Origin: Tubulanus polymorphus
Taxonomy: Eukaryota; Animalia; Nemertea
Direction of reading: 5' to 3'
NCBI RefSeq assembly: GCF_964204645.1
Contig: NC_134030.1
Location: 6,862,778 to 6,926,777, forward strand
DNA: 64,000 bases
The notes beneath the pieces were generated by a model. That model made no database searches. It was given only the letters and a program-made list of their open reading frames with translations, and was not told the DNA's origin. How positions within the stretch are numbered: the stretch's first letter is position 1; every line of letters begins with the position of its first letter. A program made the position numbers and the translations under genes. Shown here one piece after another: positions 52,823 through 64,000 of this stretch.

Positions 52823-54611
52823 GAATCTGTGAACAGTAAATATTGTGAATTACTGAACATTTGTAAATGATGCACACTGGTTTAGATCTTCAAAACAAGT
52901 ACCGGTAAATATCTCTGCAGATTCCAGTATCTATAAAACTTGCTGCCGTTTGACTGTAAATGTATGAAGTCATTTCCTGAAAAAAAGTTTTCCGTTTATG
53001 ACCATCCAGTACCATACATAGATTGAATAACTTCTGAGCAGTGGAGAATTTGAAATTATTCCACCAGAATTAAACACCATGGAACTTCTATTCTGGTCAA
53101 AGTTGAAATTAGGAAGTCAAAATTATGCAAATTTTGTATTTTAGGGGCCAAAATGAAGCTGAACCTTGCAAATCTACGAACAGTAAACATATTGCGCTTT
53201 ACGAATCAAACACAAGTCAGAAGTGGTGAGTTTTATATCAATTTATTGCAGTAATTTGTGGTGATTTATCAGTTACAAATTTTATTTTATCATTTTTGTC
53301 CGGTTTCAATAGATATATCTTGAATCAAGTCAGGAAAATGTTTTTGGCTTTTGATCAGTCAATGTCAGTAAATAGATATCAATGCTTTTCGTACATTCTA
53401 TTTTAGAGTACATTCTATAGCTACCATCAGACTCCTCAAATATCTGCATACACTCAACACGTTGTGAAAAACTACTCAAAAAAACCTGGTGGGTTTTCTG
53501 TCAATAGAACTTGAACATGCTGCATTTTCTATTTATTTCACTAATTATTTTCTGGTATAATTTTCTCTTTCCAGAATGCAGTGCGGTGCACCCATCGCAA
53601 ATTGCGCTGGAATAATATCAAATGTTCACTTTCAAATAATCACGAAGAAGCTCGTTGCTGAAGCTGCTAATATTATCGTAAGAAATAAAGTAATTTACTT
53701 TACACAATTCAACCTGGTTCTTGGTTGTTTTAAAATTCTAAATACAATCATAAATTCATATTTTCAGAAAATCATCAGAAATCATTAATGACATTATGGC
53801 TCTTGGTAGTGAAATCCTGCTAGAAATGGAAATCATCTGCATGGTAAAAATGGTACTAAACTAATCCGATACAAGTTTGGAAATGGTGAGTTTTTCATCA
53901 CTCCGCTGTGCACTAATTTGATGATAAACTAGCTATATATTACCGTTATCGTATACGGTCTTTTTATGTGTGATTCTCTAGAAAGTTTTGTAAGAAGTGC
54001 TTCAGCTGCATCACGAATAAAATCTACTCTGAAAATACTGTGGACGATATGCTACAATAATCAAAAAAGTAAGAGAGAACGTAATTTTCAGAATAGCAGA
54101 CATACACGTGTCTCTTTATTTCGTAAATCAATTTAAAATCCACACAGAAACTTTTGTTTCTAAAGTATTTCTTGAAATTCAATCAAACTATATGAAAAAG
54201 ATTTGCAGACACAAGTTTTCTCTATTCTAGGAAGAAGTCGGGACCAATATGCCATTTGACAAGGACACGGACCAATATACCATCTACCTGGAGATTGATA
54301 TGCTGCCACTTATGTCAGAGATTTACAATTTTAAAGTTTAAAGCTAAATGAATATTGTTGTATTATGCCAGCCGGTACGGACCTCCTGTTATTCTGTTTG
54401 TGATGGTTTCATTGACTGCGAATTTGTATTGACATATCCATAAAAACAATGGAGTCCTTCCCTGATTTGTCTCAAAATGCTGTAACTTCATTTTTGCCTG
54501 TACACTGACTCCGGCGTAAAGAATAGATGATTTAAACCTGTAACGTATACGCAATAAAAGATTAAACACGTAATTCATTTATCAAGAATCCTAATCAAAG
54601 TAGACTTAAGT

Positions 54612-56740
54612 GAATGAAGAAATAACTAGAACAACCTATGCACAAAATAACAAAACCCCTCAACCTAAGCACTTAACACCCCTTGCTCTACTTTTTCAAT
54701 TAACATGTTCTTCGTATTCCCCCTGTTTTAGTTATTTCTTCACACCTGACGATGGTCTCTGATAGACTCCAAAAAGTTGTCTTTAAGTTCTTTTACATTT
54801 GTATAAAGTGGGTTTAAATCTTATTTTAATTTTTACCAACAATTGATATTGAAGATTAATGATTGGCTTTCTGAGATGGATCAAGGGCATGAGATATATT
54901 TTATGCACTCCATGTTACTGCATAAGTTTGTAATTGTTTGTACCCCAGTTCCATTGGTCTGGGTATGTATAAACTTGTATAATATTGTAAATGGACTTAT
55001 TTTGTATTATGTGTCAAGTCCCACAATCATTGAAACCAAAAAGTTGAAATATCGACAGGTTTTCTCTTATCATGGGACTTTATTTTTTATGAACTGTTGT
55101 ATCATTTTATTTGAAATAAATGTATATTTTCTCTGTTGTTCCAGTTGTGATTACAGACGCCAGCAGTTTCATAGACTCTGCGTCACTACGTAGGTGATAA
55201 ACCTACATCCCGTATAGGTTCAGTTTCATAAGAAATGATTTACTCAAAAAATATTCATTCATTGAGGTAAATTGAAATTGAATCGAGTAAAGTCCTTAAG
55301 ATACTGAGCCGAAAGTCCAGTTTCACAACAATTGCATTCGAAATTTGAAGAAATGAGCCAAGCAGTGATCATATGTTTGTGAAACGATCCGTTTCACAAA
55401 CGTAGTAAACCTCTTTCCAATATCTATTTAGGAGTTATTGTGAAACTGAACCCTGCATGGGATGAAATATACTCCTTGCTAGGTGTATAAAACTGCAGCG
55501 TCTAAACTGATTGAAACCCTCGCATCATAGACTAAATCCTACCCGGGTGTACAGTTATGCAAATTAACGAGATGATAGAAATGAAGAAATAACTAGAACA
55601 ACCTATGCACCAAATAACAGATTAGCCTCTCAACCTAAGCACTTAACACCCTCACTCATTCAATTAACTTGTTCTTCCTATTCCCCCTGTTTTAGTTATT
55701 TCTTCACACCCGACAATGGTCTCTAGAGAGACTCCAAAAAGTTGTCTTTAGATCTTGTGCAGTGGGTTTTAATCTTATTTTGATTTTTACTGAAAATTGA
55801 AATTGATTGAAGATGATGGGCTTTCTGAGATAGATCAAGGGCATTAGATATTTTATGCATGAGATGTTTACGGCTAAAATATGGATACCTTGTTTTTCCG
55901 CTCTACTGAGCTTACAAGTTGACCCGGCCGGCCGCCTATCTACCCTATACATTACTTTTTTTAAATTTTAGTTTTTATCAATTTTACCATATTAACAGAC
56001 CCGGCCGCCATAGAAATGAACTGTCAAATTTTATCAGATTTTACTAAGACCCGGCCGCTCTGGAGAAACAAGGTATCATCTTTGTTTAGCCTAAGTTTGT
56101 GATTGTTTGTACCCAGGACCTAATTTAATTTCATTGGTCTGGGAATGTATGTATAAACTTGTATAATATTGTAAACGGACTTATTTTGTATGATGTGGCA
56201 AGTCCCACAATCATTGAAACCAAAAAGTTGAAATATCGATAGGTTTTCTTTTATCATGGGACTTTATTTTTTATGAACTGTTGTATTGTTTTATGTGAAA
56301 TAAATATATATTTTCTTGTTGTTTCAGTTGTCGTGATTACAGGCGCCAGCAGTTTCATACTCTGCGTCACGTACACGATAAACCTTACCTAGGTGACAAA
56401 CCTAGGTTCAGTTTCCATAAGAAATGATTTACTCAAAAGATATTCATTCATTGAGGTAAACTGAAATTGAATCGAGTAAAGTTTTAAAGAAAATGAGCCG
56501 AATGTCCAGTTTCACAAACCAACAACATGTACTATACGTTCGGACACATTATGACTATGTTAAACGGGTCCTCTAGACCCGGTTTCACTAAACATAGTTT
56601 AACTCTATCCTGAATCAATTTAGGAGTTTTGTGAAACTGGACCCGGCAGGGAATGAAATGCTCTTTACTCGTGTATGAAACTGCTCGCGTCTATTGAACT
56701 AATTGAAACCCTCGCGTCATAGACCAAATCCTACCCGGGC
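54612..56740. repeat. Tandem duplication of about 950 bp (54612-55548 and 55578-56740) containing Penelope-like and MITE fragments
   Basis: Both copies begin tgaagaaataactagaacaacctatgcac, share aagtcccacaatcattgaaaccaaaaagttg, and end aaatcctacccggg. Confidence 0.88.
55872..56091. mobile_element. PIF/Harbinger-like MITE inserted only in the second copy of the duplication
   Basis: Imperfect TIRs ggctaaaatatggataccttgttt / aaacaaggtatcatctttgtttagcc|taa. Absent from the first copy at about 54918. Confidence 0.7.
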
Positions 56741-56782
56741 CGTTACAGATCGCTAGTCGTTTGTTTGTGAAACTGCGACCCT

Positions 56783-56955
56783 GGCCTGCGTTTCAAAGCG
56801 GTCTTAAGTTATCCCTGTGATAAGGCTAGTCCCAGTGTTAAATTTCACTATCCCGGTGATTATCACAGGGATAAATTCTCATTTTTAAAAAGCATTTAAT
56901 TCCCAGTGAAAACTATCATCGGGACGGGGCGTATCACCGCTTTGAAAAACCCAGC
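56783..56955. mobile_element. Small MITE
   Basis: ggcctgcgtttcaaagcggt / accgctttgaaaaacccagcc, with internal inverted pair tatccctgtgataa / ttatcacagggata. Confidence 0.6.
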
Positions 56956-57443
56956 CCGGGTCTTTAGTTCTCTTGTGAAACTGGACTCTGGTATGCGAGG
57001 GTTTGGTTAAAATGTTGCTACCCTGGGAAGCGAGGGTTATATTAGATTTCTTACCCTGGCATGCGAGGGGTTAGATTGGTTGCCTATCTAATAGACTGGT
57101 TGCCTGTCCCATTCTAATCGAAGATAGAGGATCGGTAACCAGTTCCGAGACCGATTCTCCACCCTCCTTGGTAACTGGTGTCTGTTTGATGTTGTATCAA
57201 AAGTTCGTAAAAATAAAATAGAAATAGATTTTTAACAAGATAACGTACCCTGTGTTCGTGTAGATTCTGAAATTGAACTGTGTTTGCAGGGGTCCTCCGA
57301 TAATCGTTTGTCAGCACGACGGTCGTTGATAATTCTCCTGAAATCAATATCGCACCCAACCGATTACGGCATCGATCTCTGAATAACGTATTTATTTTGC
57401 AACCCTCATTTCTCAAAAAAAATAAGTCGCGAACACTTCAGTA

Positions 57444-58658
57444 ATGATGATGGCAGCAATTCGAGTATTTTTCATAGCACTATTATTACCACTGGAGACG
57501 ACCTGCAGCGTCGGGAAATCGACAGCGATAGAGAGTGATGACCCTGCGGCTAATTCAACCGAAGATAGCACTTGGACACCTCGTATCAACGCTACCTCCT
57601 CCAACGCAACGATCCGAACCGAACCAGCAAGTCGGGAATTTGTGACACACCCGGCTTGCAGAGTGAGGCATCCCGCCGATTTCAAACCGATTCCTGAAAA
57701 TGCGTATCGTCAAGCGGTAGCCTATATCAAATTCGCAATCGCTGTAGTAGGAGTTGTCGGTAACACGCTGTCGTTTCTAGTTCTTTACAAAGACAAATCT
57801 CGCGGCACCAGTATCTTCTATTTGAAATATCTAGCCGTTGTCGACTGGCTCGTGTGTGCGTCGGTAATCATTTTCGATTTTCACTATATTCTCTACACTC
57901 GCACGCTCTTGTTGGATAAAACATACGAACCTAACCACCGTATGATGAAACTGTTCGCCTACACCCAAGATGCTAAGTTTTATTTCGGGGCATTGGGTAC
58001 GTGGATACTGATAGTAATCGCCGTTGATCGGTATATAGCAGTTTGTCATCCTCTACGAGCGCAAAGACTCAGCACGTTGACCAGAGCCTACATAACCACG
58101 ATAGTTCTGACGGTAATAATTACAGGCATGTACATACCCCGACAGTTTCGTTATTACACCAAATATTACATACACGCTTGTACCGGAATGGACAACTGGG
58201 TTTTGAGATCGACGAGTTTCGTTAAGAGTTTAAAATACAAATTTTACTCGACGTTCATTCACATGCCTATCGTCTCGATCATTCCGTCAATAATGATATT
58301 TGTTCTGAACGTTTTACTCATAAAATCGTTAAACAAAGCCAGAATCGTGCGTAAGAGCATGTCCACAAAGGATGACTCGTCGAAACAATCGAAAAACGAC
58401 GCTAACCTCACGTTTACTTTGGTCTGCGTATGTATCGTCTTCATGGTCTCTAAAACGTCGGATTTCATCAATGCTATTCTGAGGTTTGTAAAGTTGTACA
58501 CTAATGTGTTGGACGGTGTGAGGTATACTGCTTACACTATAGGAACAAGTTCCACTCTCCACATCGCTAATTGCGCCGTTAATTTCTTCATCTACTGCGC
58601 GGCTAGACGAAGTTTCAGACAGACTCTCTATCGTCTAATTTTCCGTCGTCGTCATTAG
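57444..58658 (+). CDS. Intronless class A GPCR, FMRFamide/peptide-receptor-like family, with a predicted signal peptide and glycosylated N-terminus
   Basis: 404-aa ORF with GVVGN, YLAVVD, AVDRYIAVCHPL, TM5 ..IIP.., NCAVNFFIYC and helix 8 FRQTL. Confidence 0.93.
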   Translation: MMMAAIRVFFIALLLPLETTCSVGKSTAIESDDPAANSTEDSTWTPRINATSSNATIRTEPASREFVTHPACRVRHPADFKPIPENAYRQAVAYIKFAIAVVGVVGNTLSFLVLYKDKSRGTSIFYLKYLAVVDWLVCASVIIFDFHYILYTRTLLLDKTYEPNHRMMKLFAYTQDAKFYFGALGTWILIVIAVDRYIAVCHPLRAQRLSTLTRAYITTIVLTVIITGMYIPRQFRYYTKYYIHACTGMDNWVLRSTSFVKSLKYKFYSTFIHMPIVSIIPSIMIFVLNVLLIKSLNKARIVRKSMSTKDDSSKQSKNDANLTFTLVCVCIVFMVSKTSDFINAILRFVKLYTNVLDGVRYTAYTIGTSSTLHIANCAVNFFIYCAARRSFRQTLYRLIFRRRH

Positions 58659-60011
58659 ATAACGATTTAGTTACGTATCCATAGGTTGAGTATGCCATCA
58701 TCTCAGAGGTATCCACAATTGAACTACAGGCCTGCCCGAGTACATTCGTCGGACAGAATAAAAATGAAATGTCATTTTGCAAATTCAAGAAATTGGTCAA
58801 TAGGATCTAATATCAGATAGTAATTAGTTTGCACTGTATCAACTAGCCACTACCGATGGAACTACAAATCATTTCTTTAACGTCTTTTGCATTGATGGGG
58901 TAGAATAGAGAGACACTACCGGGAACTTTTGTTAGTACCATTTACGTACCTCGTACCTTGGACTGGGAGGGAACGCTTGCATCGAATGTATTGTGTTCGA
59001 TTCGCCCCATAATGATTATGATTCGTCTCAGGAAATTTTTTGTTGATCGTAATCGTTGGAACTGGTATGAGAAATAGATAACGTCCGAAATCCATTTTCA
59101 AAAACTTCGTCCCGACCGCGGCACTGGTGAATCCGGACCAGAAAAAATTCCAAATAAGAATTTGAACAATCTATAAATGAAACTTTATTTCATCATCCTC
59201 GACGAAATCCATCGGCACTGGTGAATCTAGGCCATCGTGCCGCAATAAATGGCACCATCCCCAGTGTCAGTCCTTCCGTAGTGATGGTAAGTCCATGGAC
59301 GTATAAACTAGATCTAGATTATATGTCCATGATCAAACTTGGTGATCGACGTACCTATTTTTCACTCACGGTATCAAATTTAATGCGGTTTTAGATGCAG
59401 GCCACCGTAAACATCGATTGGCCTTTTACACGCATCAACTACGTGTGGAGTCGCCCTTTTCCATCGCCATGGAATGTAATGGCACGCGAGGCATGATTTG
59501 CCGCGGCAACCCAGGAAATTTTTGGTTTCACTCAAGGTCGTTGAGACTGTATCGGGTAAACAAATAAATAAATGAATAAAATAAATAGAAAGTAGTGCAA
59601 AATATCATACGCCTGGATTGTTTCAAAAGAGTAAAAAGTGCAGTTTAGGTGCCCAGTTTTTTCGTTTCAAAGTGTAAAGTAAGAAGCCCAAGATAAAGTT
59701 GTCCAGTTTGGAATTTTGAGTTTCACGTCATCGCTGTCGTCACTACATAGTCTGAATACCAGTCGTTGTTACCGGTTCCCAACATAGAACGACGGCTTAG
59801 ACTATGTCAGTGTCAGTCAGTGTCACGACATCGACATCGTGAATCATCAGATTACATGTCATGTTGTGCCTCTCAACTCATGCAGTCATCATGAGGTTTT
59901 CCCGACCCGTCCACCCAGATCCAGTTTCCAGGCATCTTTTAATTGTAAGCTGAAATGGAGCCACTGCAGTTTAGCCGCAGGTTTCCCAAATGGCAATGTG
60001 CCTATAACCAC

Positions 60012-60130
60012 CACAGGGACCTGACACAGAAATTTTTAGACCCCAGTATCCTAGGTACTATATATAAAAAGTATTTTTATACATAGAATCTAGGATACTG
60101 GGGTCTAAAACTTTTTGTCAGGTCCCTGTG
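60012..60130. mobile_element. Near-perfect palindromic MITE with CACAG termini and a 3-bp target duplication (CMC/CACTA-like)
   Basis: CAC|CACAGGGACCTGACA...tttagaccccagtatcctag...ctaggatactggggtctaaa...TGTCAGGTCCCTGTG|CAC. Confidence 0.82.
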
Positions 60131-60173
60131 CACCTAACCATAACACTATTCTTTATAAACAGTAGGCCTAACA

Positions 60174-60901
60174 CTAAAGTCTATCCCAGTGGTTATGATC
60201 GCGGCATTTCCACTCTCAAAGAGCCAGTATCAACAACAATTTAATTGATACTGACAGCTGTAAGTGGTCAAACTCACCATGAGCATCACTGACTCGCTGG
60301 ACCTCAGCTGCTTGTTACTATATAGTTACAGGCAAGAGTGAATAAAGAGCAAAACTTTTCGAAGCTTAACACTAAGAAAATGAAGAAATTAGCAAGGAAA
60401 AATTAGTTTGAAGTCTTGTTGCATTCAAGAGTGAATATTTTCCGAGGATACCAAAGTCAATGTTTACATTAGAAAGTGTCAGAACTAATTTTCAAGTTGA
60501 AACATTATATTTGGACGGTGTGTAAGCAAAATAGCAACACAGAACGTACGACTCATGAGATGATAATCAAATCCACAAATAGTCATTTGTTAACATATTT
60601 GCGCATGTCTAGCTTTGTTAAGTGCACAAAATAAGAAATTAATCCTCGAAATTCCATGCTTAAATACATTTTAAGTAATCGGTGTTCTTTGAGAATATAC
60701 AAGAAAAAACCAAATCTAGAGGAATAAAGAGAAGTGAATGACCAGGATGTGAAAACTTTAGTATTATTCACTCTTGAATGTAGTAGTTGCCTGACCTCAG
60801 TTACTTGCAGGGTTGAGCACATAGAAACCACAGGGTTCCAGATCTGCGATGATATGAACTGTTTGATGCACCGCGATCATAACCACTGGGATAGACTTTA
60901 G
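60174..60901. mobile_element. Non-autonomous DNA transposon with perfect 31-bp TIRs, directly upstream of ZNF511
   Basis: ctaaagtctatcccagtggttatgatcgcgg / ccgcgatcataaccactgggatagactttag. The target duplication is not clean. Confidence 0.82.
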
Positions 60902-60963
60902 CCTACTAGCGCCACGCAGTGGAAGGGTGACCTTAGCTGCAGTAATATCTGATAAGTTTTGAA

Positions 60964-62811
60964 ATGTTTCAGGTAATTATGACGGTTGAGGCGTTACCGT
61001 GGTGCTGGAAACCAACAAAACGACGAGTGCCGATTGAACACGAATTTTTCGAAGAGGGTAACATCAAATGCAGTTTGGAATTGAAACAGATTATTTTGAC
61101 CGATGAGGATTTCAAAGATGTTGATGAAAAAAAGTTTGAACGGTTTCCCTGCGCGATAAAAGGATGCGTGGCAACCTTTGACACTATTATCGGGTAAGAG
61201 AAGGCACGTTTAATCACCTCTTACAGAGTGGGGGATCCAGGATAATTGTAAGGGGGGTTGAAAAGAAAGAAAATGCATTTCTAGGATAAAATGGCCATTT
61301 CAAATGCCACTAGCGGGGTCCCACTCTCGGAGTTGATATATTTCTGAACAAATACACCCTGGAAGATGCAAATTCCGAAAGCATGAGCATCAGATTTGCA
61401 GGTTGTAACAATCTGTCTTGACGAAAAGGGCAACCTCAAAGGAAAGGTAGGGGTCCGGACCTCCGAGACCACCCCTTAAATCTACCCTGCTCTTCAATCA
61501 GTTCCGCAGTAAATGTTTTGAGTTTATCATGTTTTCTTTTTATTTTAAGGTACGAATGTCATTATAACAACAACCACCGACACACGTGTTCCCAGTGCAA
61601 GAGGTCGTTTCCTACGAGTCACCTAGTTAATATTCACATCGCGGAATGGCACGATTCAATGTTCCCGCTTTTAGCAGCTAAGCAAAACATGGTGTGTGGC
61701 CTTTTCTAAAATGATCTTCGCCAAGTTAAATAAAAACAGTGCAATTCAATGAACTCGAAAACTAGTAGTACTGTGTATGTTTACTTGATTTTATAAGAAA
61801 TACGTAGTAGCTTCAGGTACTGTAAATGGGCGGAAGTGGTGAATGATAACGCAAAATGAGGAGGCTACTATGCATTAGTAGCAAAAGCTTGTATTTCTAA
61901 TAATTTCGGGTTAATCATTCGTCATGTTTATTGATTTAACACAAGGCATGGCTCCTCAGTTACTCTAATATAGTGGTACCTCATAATAACAAACTAGGAA
62001 ATAACAATATCCCGAATAAACCCGAATTGATTTTTGTCCCAACTTCATTTCATGCCGGATATAATGAAGTATTAGCTCTGAAGTTTATATAATAAAGGCT
62101 TCACCATAGTACGAATGGTCCAGATAATCGGAGGTTTAGGTTAACTAAATTAATATTTGTATATCTTGTCTAGTATGAATGTCTATTGGAGGCGTGCCAA
62201 TCAAAGTTTGCTACACCTGCAGAAAGGAAACAACACCTGATTGATGCTCATAAGTATCCAGTCAATTTCAGATTCGACAAAGGACGACGGTATTGAAAAT
62301 ATATTTTTGCTCCCTATAAATTATTTTGTTTTATATACGTGTTTTTATTCAGGTTTGGGCGGTTTTTATACATTTCAGAAAATCGAAAAGTAAGAGGAAA
62401 ATTTCACCGAAAATGACCGCGCCCGATCCCGTTGGACCAGACAAAATGGACACCGTCGAGACACAGCCCGAAGCATCTATAGATCAGAGACTGAAAAACA
62501 ACAGTTACGATCATATGGTCGTAGATCAAACAGTCAAAACTTCTCCTTCGAAATTCAAATTTTCCTACAGGTAAATGACTAATCGTATATACAGCAAGAG
62601 TTGAAATGATTTTCTAAGACTAGTCATTTTATTTTAAAGCGTTCCGAAAACAATCTGTTTTGGGCAAGGAGTGCGTCGTGGATTTCAAAGACCTCCGAAG
62701 AAAAAAGGCAGAAAACATTGGCACCAGACAGCAGCACCGAATGAGGAAACTAAGAAAAACATCGAGGATATCGATTTCAGTGATATTGCTAAAACAATGG
62801 ACACTTTATGA
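60964..62811 (+). CDS. ZNF511: Zinc finger protein 511 (C2H2) orthologue
   Basis: Exons 60964(or 60979)-61193, 61550-61691, 62174-62289, 62379-62570, 62640-62811. Motifs EHEFFEEG, CAIKGC..F, YECHY...H, CSQCKRSFP..HL...HI.EWHDS.F, YECLLEAC..KF..R..H...H.YP..FRFDK and VPKTICFGQG. Confidence 0.92.
61225..61489. mobile_element. Degenerate MITE-like insertion in ZNF511 intron 1
   Basis: Ends resemble the common CAGGGGCGGATCCAGG ... CCCCCTAGATCCGCCCCTG type of element. Confidence 0.4.
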
Positions 62812-63159
62812 GATACAAGCTTCAATCAAATCATTGGTCCTTCAGTAAATGCTGCTTTGGTCTGATACAATTTGTTTTAGATTTAGGCAAATAAAGGAAT
62901 ATTCTTTTAATTCATGTTTTATTCTCTCACATTCATGGCTTTTTGCTGATTTTTTGGCTATTTTCATTGGTTCAAATCAGTCATTTGGAGACGCTTTCAA
63001 GCATATCGATGCCTTTTACATTGCAGCTGACCACAGGAAGTTGAAACTGTTAAAGTCTTCATAGCTGGGATTATCATCGTGTTAACGACTTATCGAAATA
63101 ATGATTTGTACTTAATGAACTGAATTGGCTATATTTGACTCAAAATAGTGACTACTTAA

Positions 63160-63200
63160 CCCTGAGATGCCCTGCGGGTCATATATGACCCCACCTATTA
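63160..63200 (+). mobile_element. Probable piggyBac-type transposon terminus; the other end was not located
   Basis: TTAA|CCCT followed by the subterminal palindrome gggtcatatatgaccc. Confidence 0.5.
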
Positions 63201-64000
63201 AGCTGGACATAAATTTAAAAACTGCTGATGGTGGGTTTCCAGAGTTCTTAGATGCGTTTAAGAGCACCTGTGCTACCTAAAAAGCCCAATTTTACATATA
63301 TGAGCCTTATCGGTTAGTAGAAAACTCATTAGGTGGCGCTCCATAAAATCAAATTTTAAGTAAATGTGATGACTTATCCAAACAACAAACAAATTCAACT
63401 GTACAATGAAACCTCATTGTTTGAAGTAGTAAGGCTTGGGCATAAGTGAACCAAGATCTCGATACATTGGCTACCATCTTTCAGTCTGATGGAAACTATT
63501 GGACTGCTTGCCACAACCCTGATAGGAAATCCTCTGATCCAATTGTGAATTGAACTAATAAGAGCTTATCTTTTTAGTGAGATACATGAGAACATTTAAT
63601 AACATGAAGAAAGCACAACATTAGGCAAATGTACAAATACATAGCAAGCAAAGAAAACAGCAGATTCAAGAAATGATAATTCATCATTAGACATCGTACA
63701 TCAAATCGGCTTCACAAGGATTCGTGCACGTTGTAGCTTATGAAACAAACTTTAAAACTTGTCCTTCTCGAAATACAAGTACTCGGCACATGAAATAAAT
63801 TAAACTCTTTATCGAGGAGAAAAACAGCACAGATTTAATATATATTCAAAATGAAAATGAAGAAAATTGTATTGGCATGTATGATTACAATTTAGTTTGA
63901 GAGGAGAAATTATAATAAATATAATTGAAGGTCCCTTTCTGATTGTTATTTATCCATCTCTAACCTTTCACTGTTTGAATACTAAAGAAAACATCTCTTC

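Larger units (their letters stand above)
39650..54350 (+). ncRNA. Putative multi-exon long non-coding RNA divergent from NDUFA4; extent and continuity uncertain
   Basis: Plus-strand splice signals at about 39821 (gtaagt), 39879-39892, 39915 and 40411-40463, then a dense run of about 25 mini-exons from 49275 to 54300. No spliced ORF found. Confidence 0.5.

Overview
AT-rich animal genomic DNA with compact GT-AG introns. The gene content points to an invertebrate, probably a lophotrochozoan (inference). From left to right: (1) 1-17125, minus strand, a large secreted multidomain gene of about 45 exons in this window (signal peptide, 5 VWA, VWD-C8-TIL, 24 Lys-rich EGF, a 10-aa Thr-rich tandem repeat) that runs off the left edge and hosts an antisense intronless GPCR in one intron; (2) a single-exon kinin/leucokinin-type neuropeptide precursor with 11 identical GFKPWGamide copies; (3) a candidate two-exon coding fragment with an in-frame TGA directly before a splice donor (Sec or pseudogene); (4) an uncharacterised gene ending in a PAN/Apple-like exon; (5) NDUFA4; (6) head-to-head with NDUFA4, a repeat-rich region of about 15 kb that looks like a spliced non-coding transcription unit, including a 4x ~795-bp tandem array built of four mini-exons and four introns per unit; (7) a second intronless GPCR of the same family as the nested one; (8) ZNF511. 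MITEs, satellites and Penelope-type minimal hammerhead remnants are scattered throughout. All exon models were read by eye; no database search was run.
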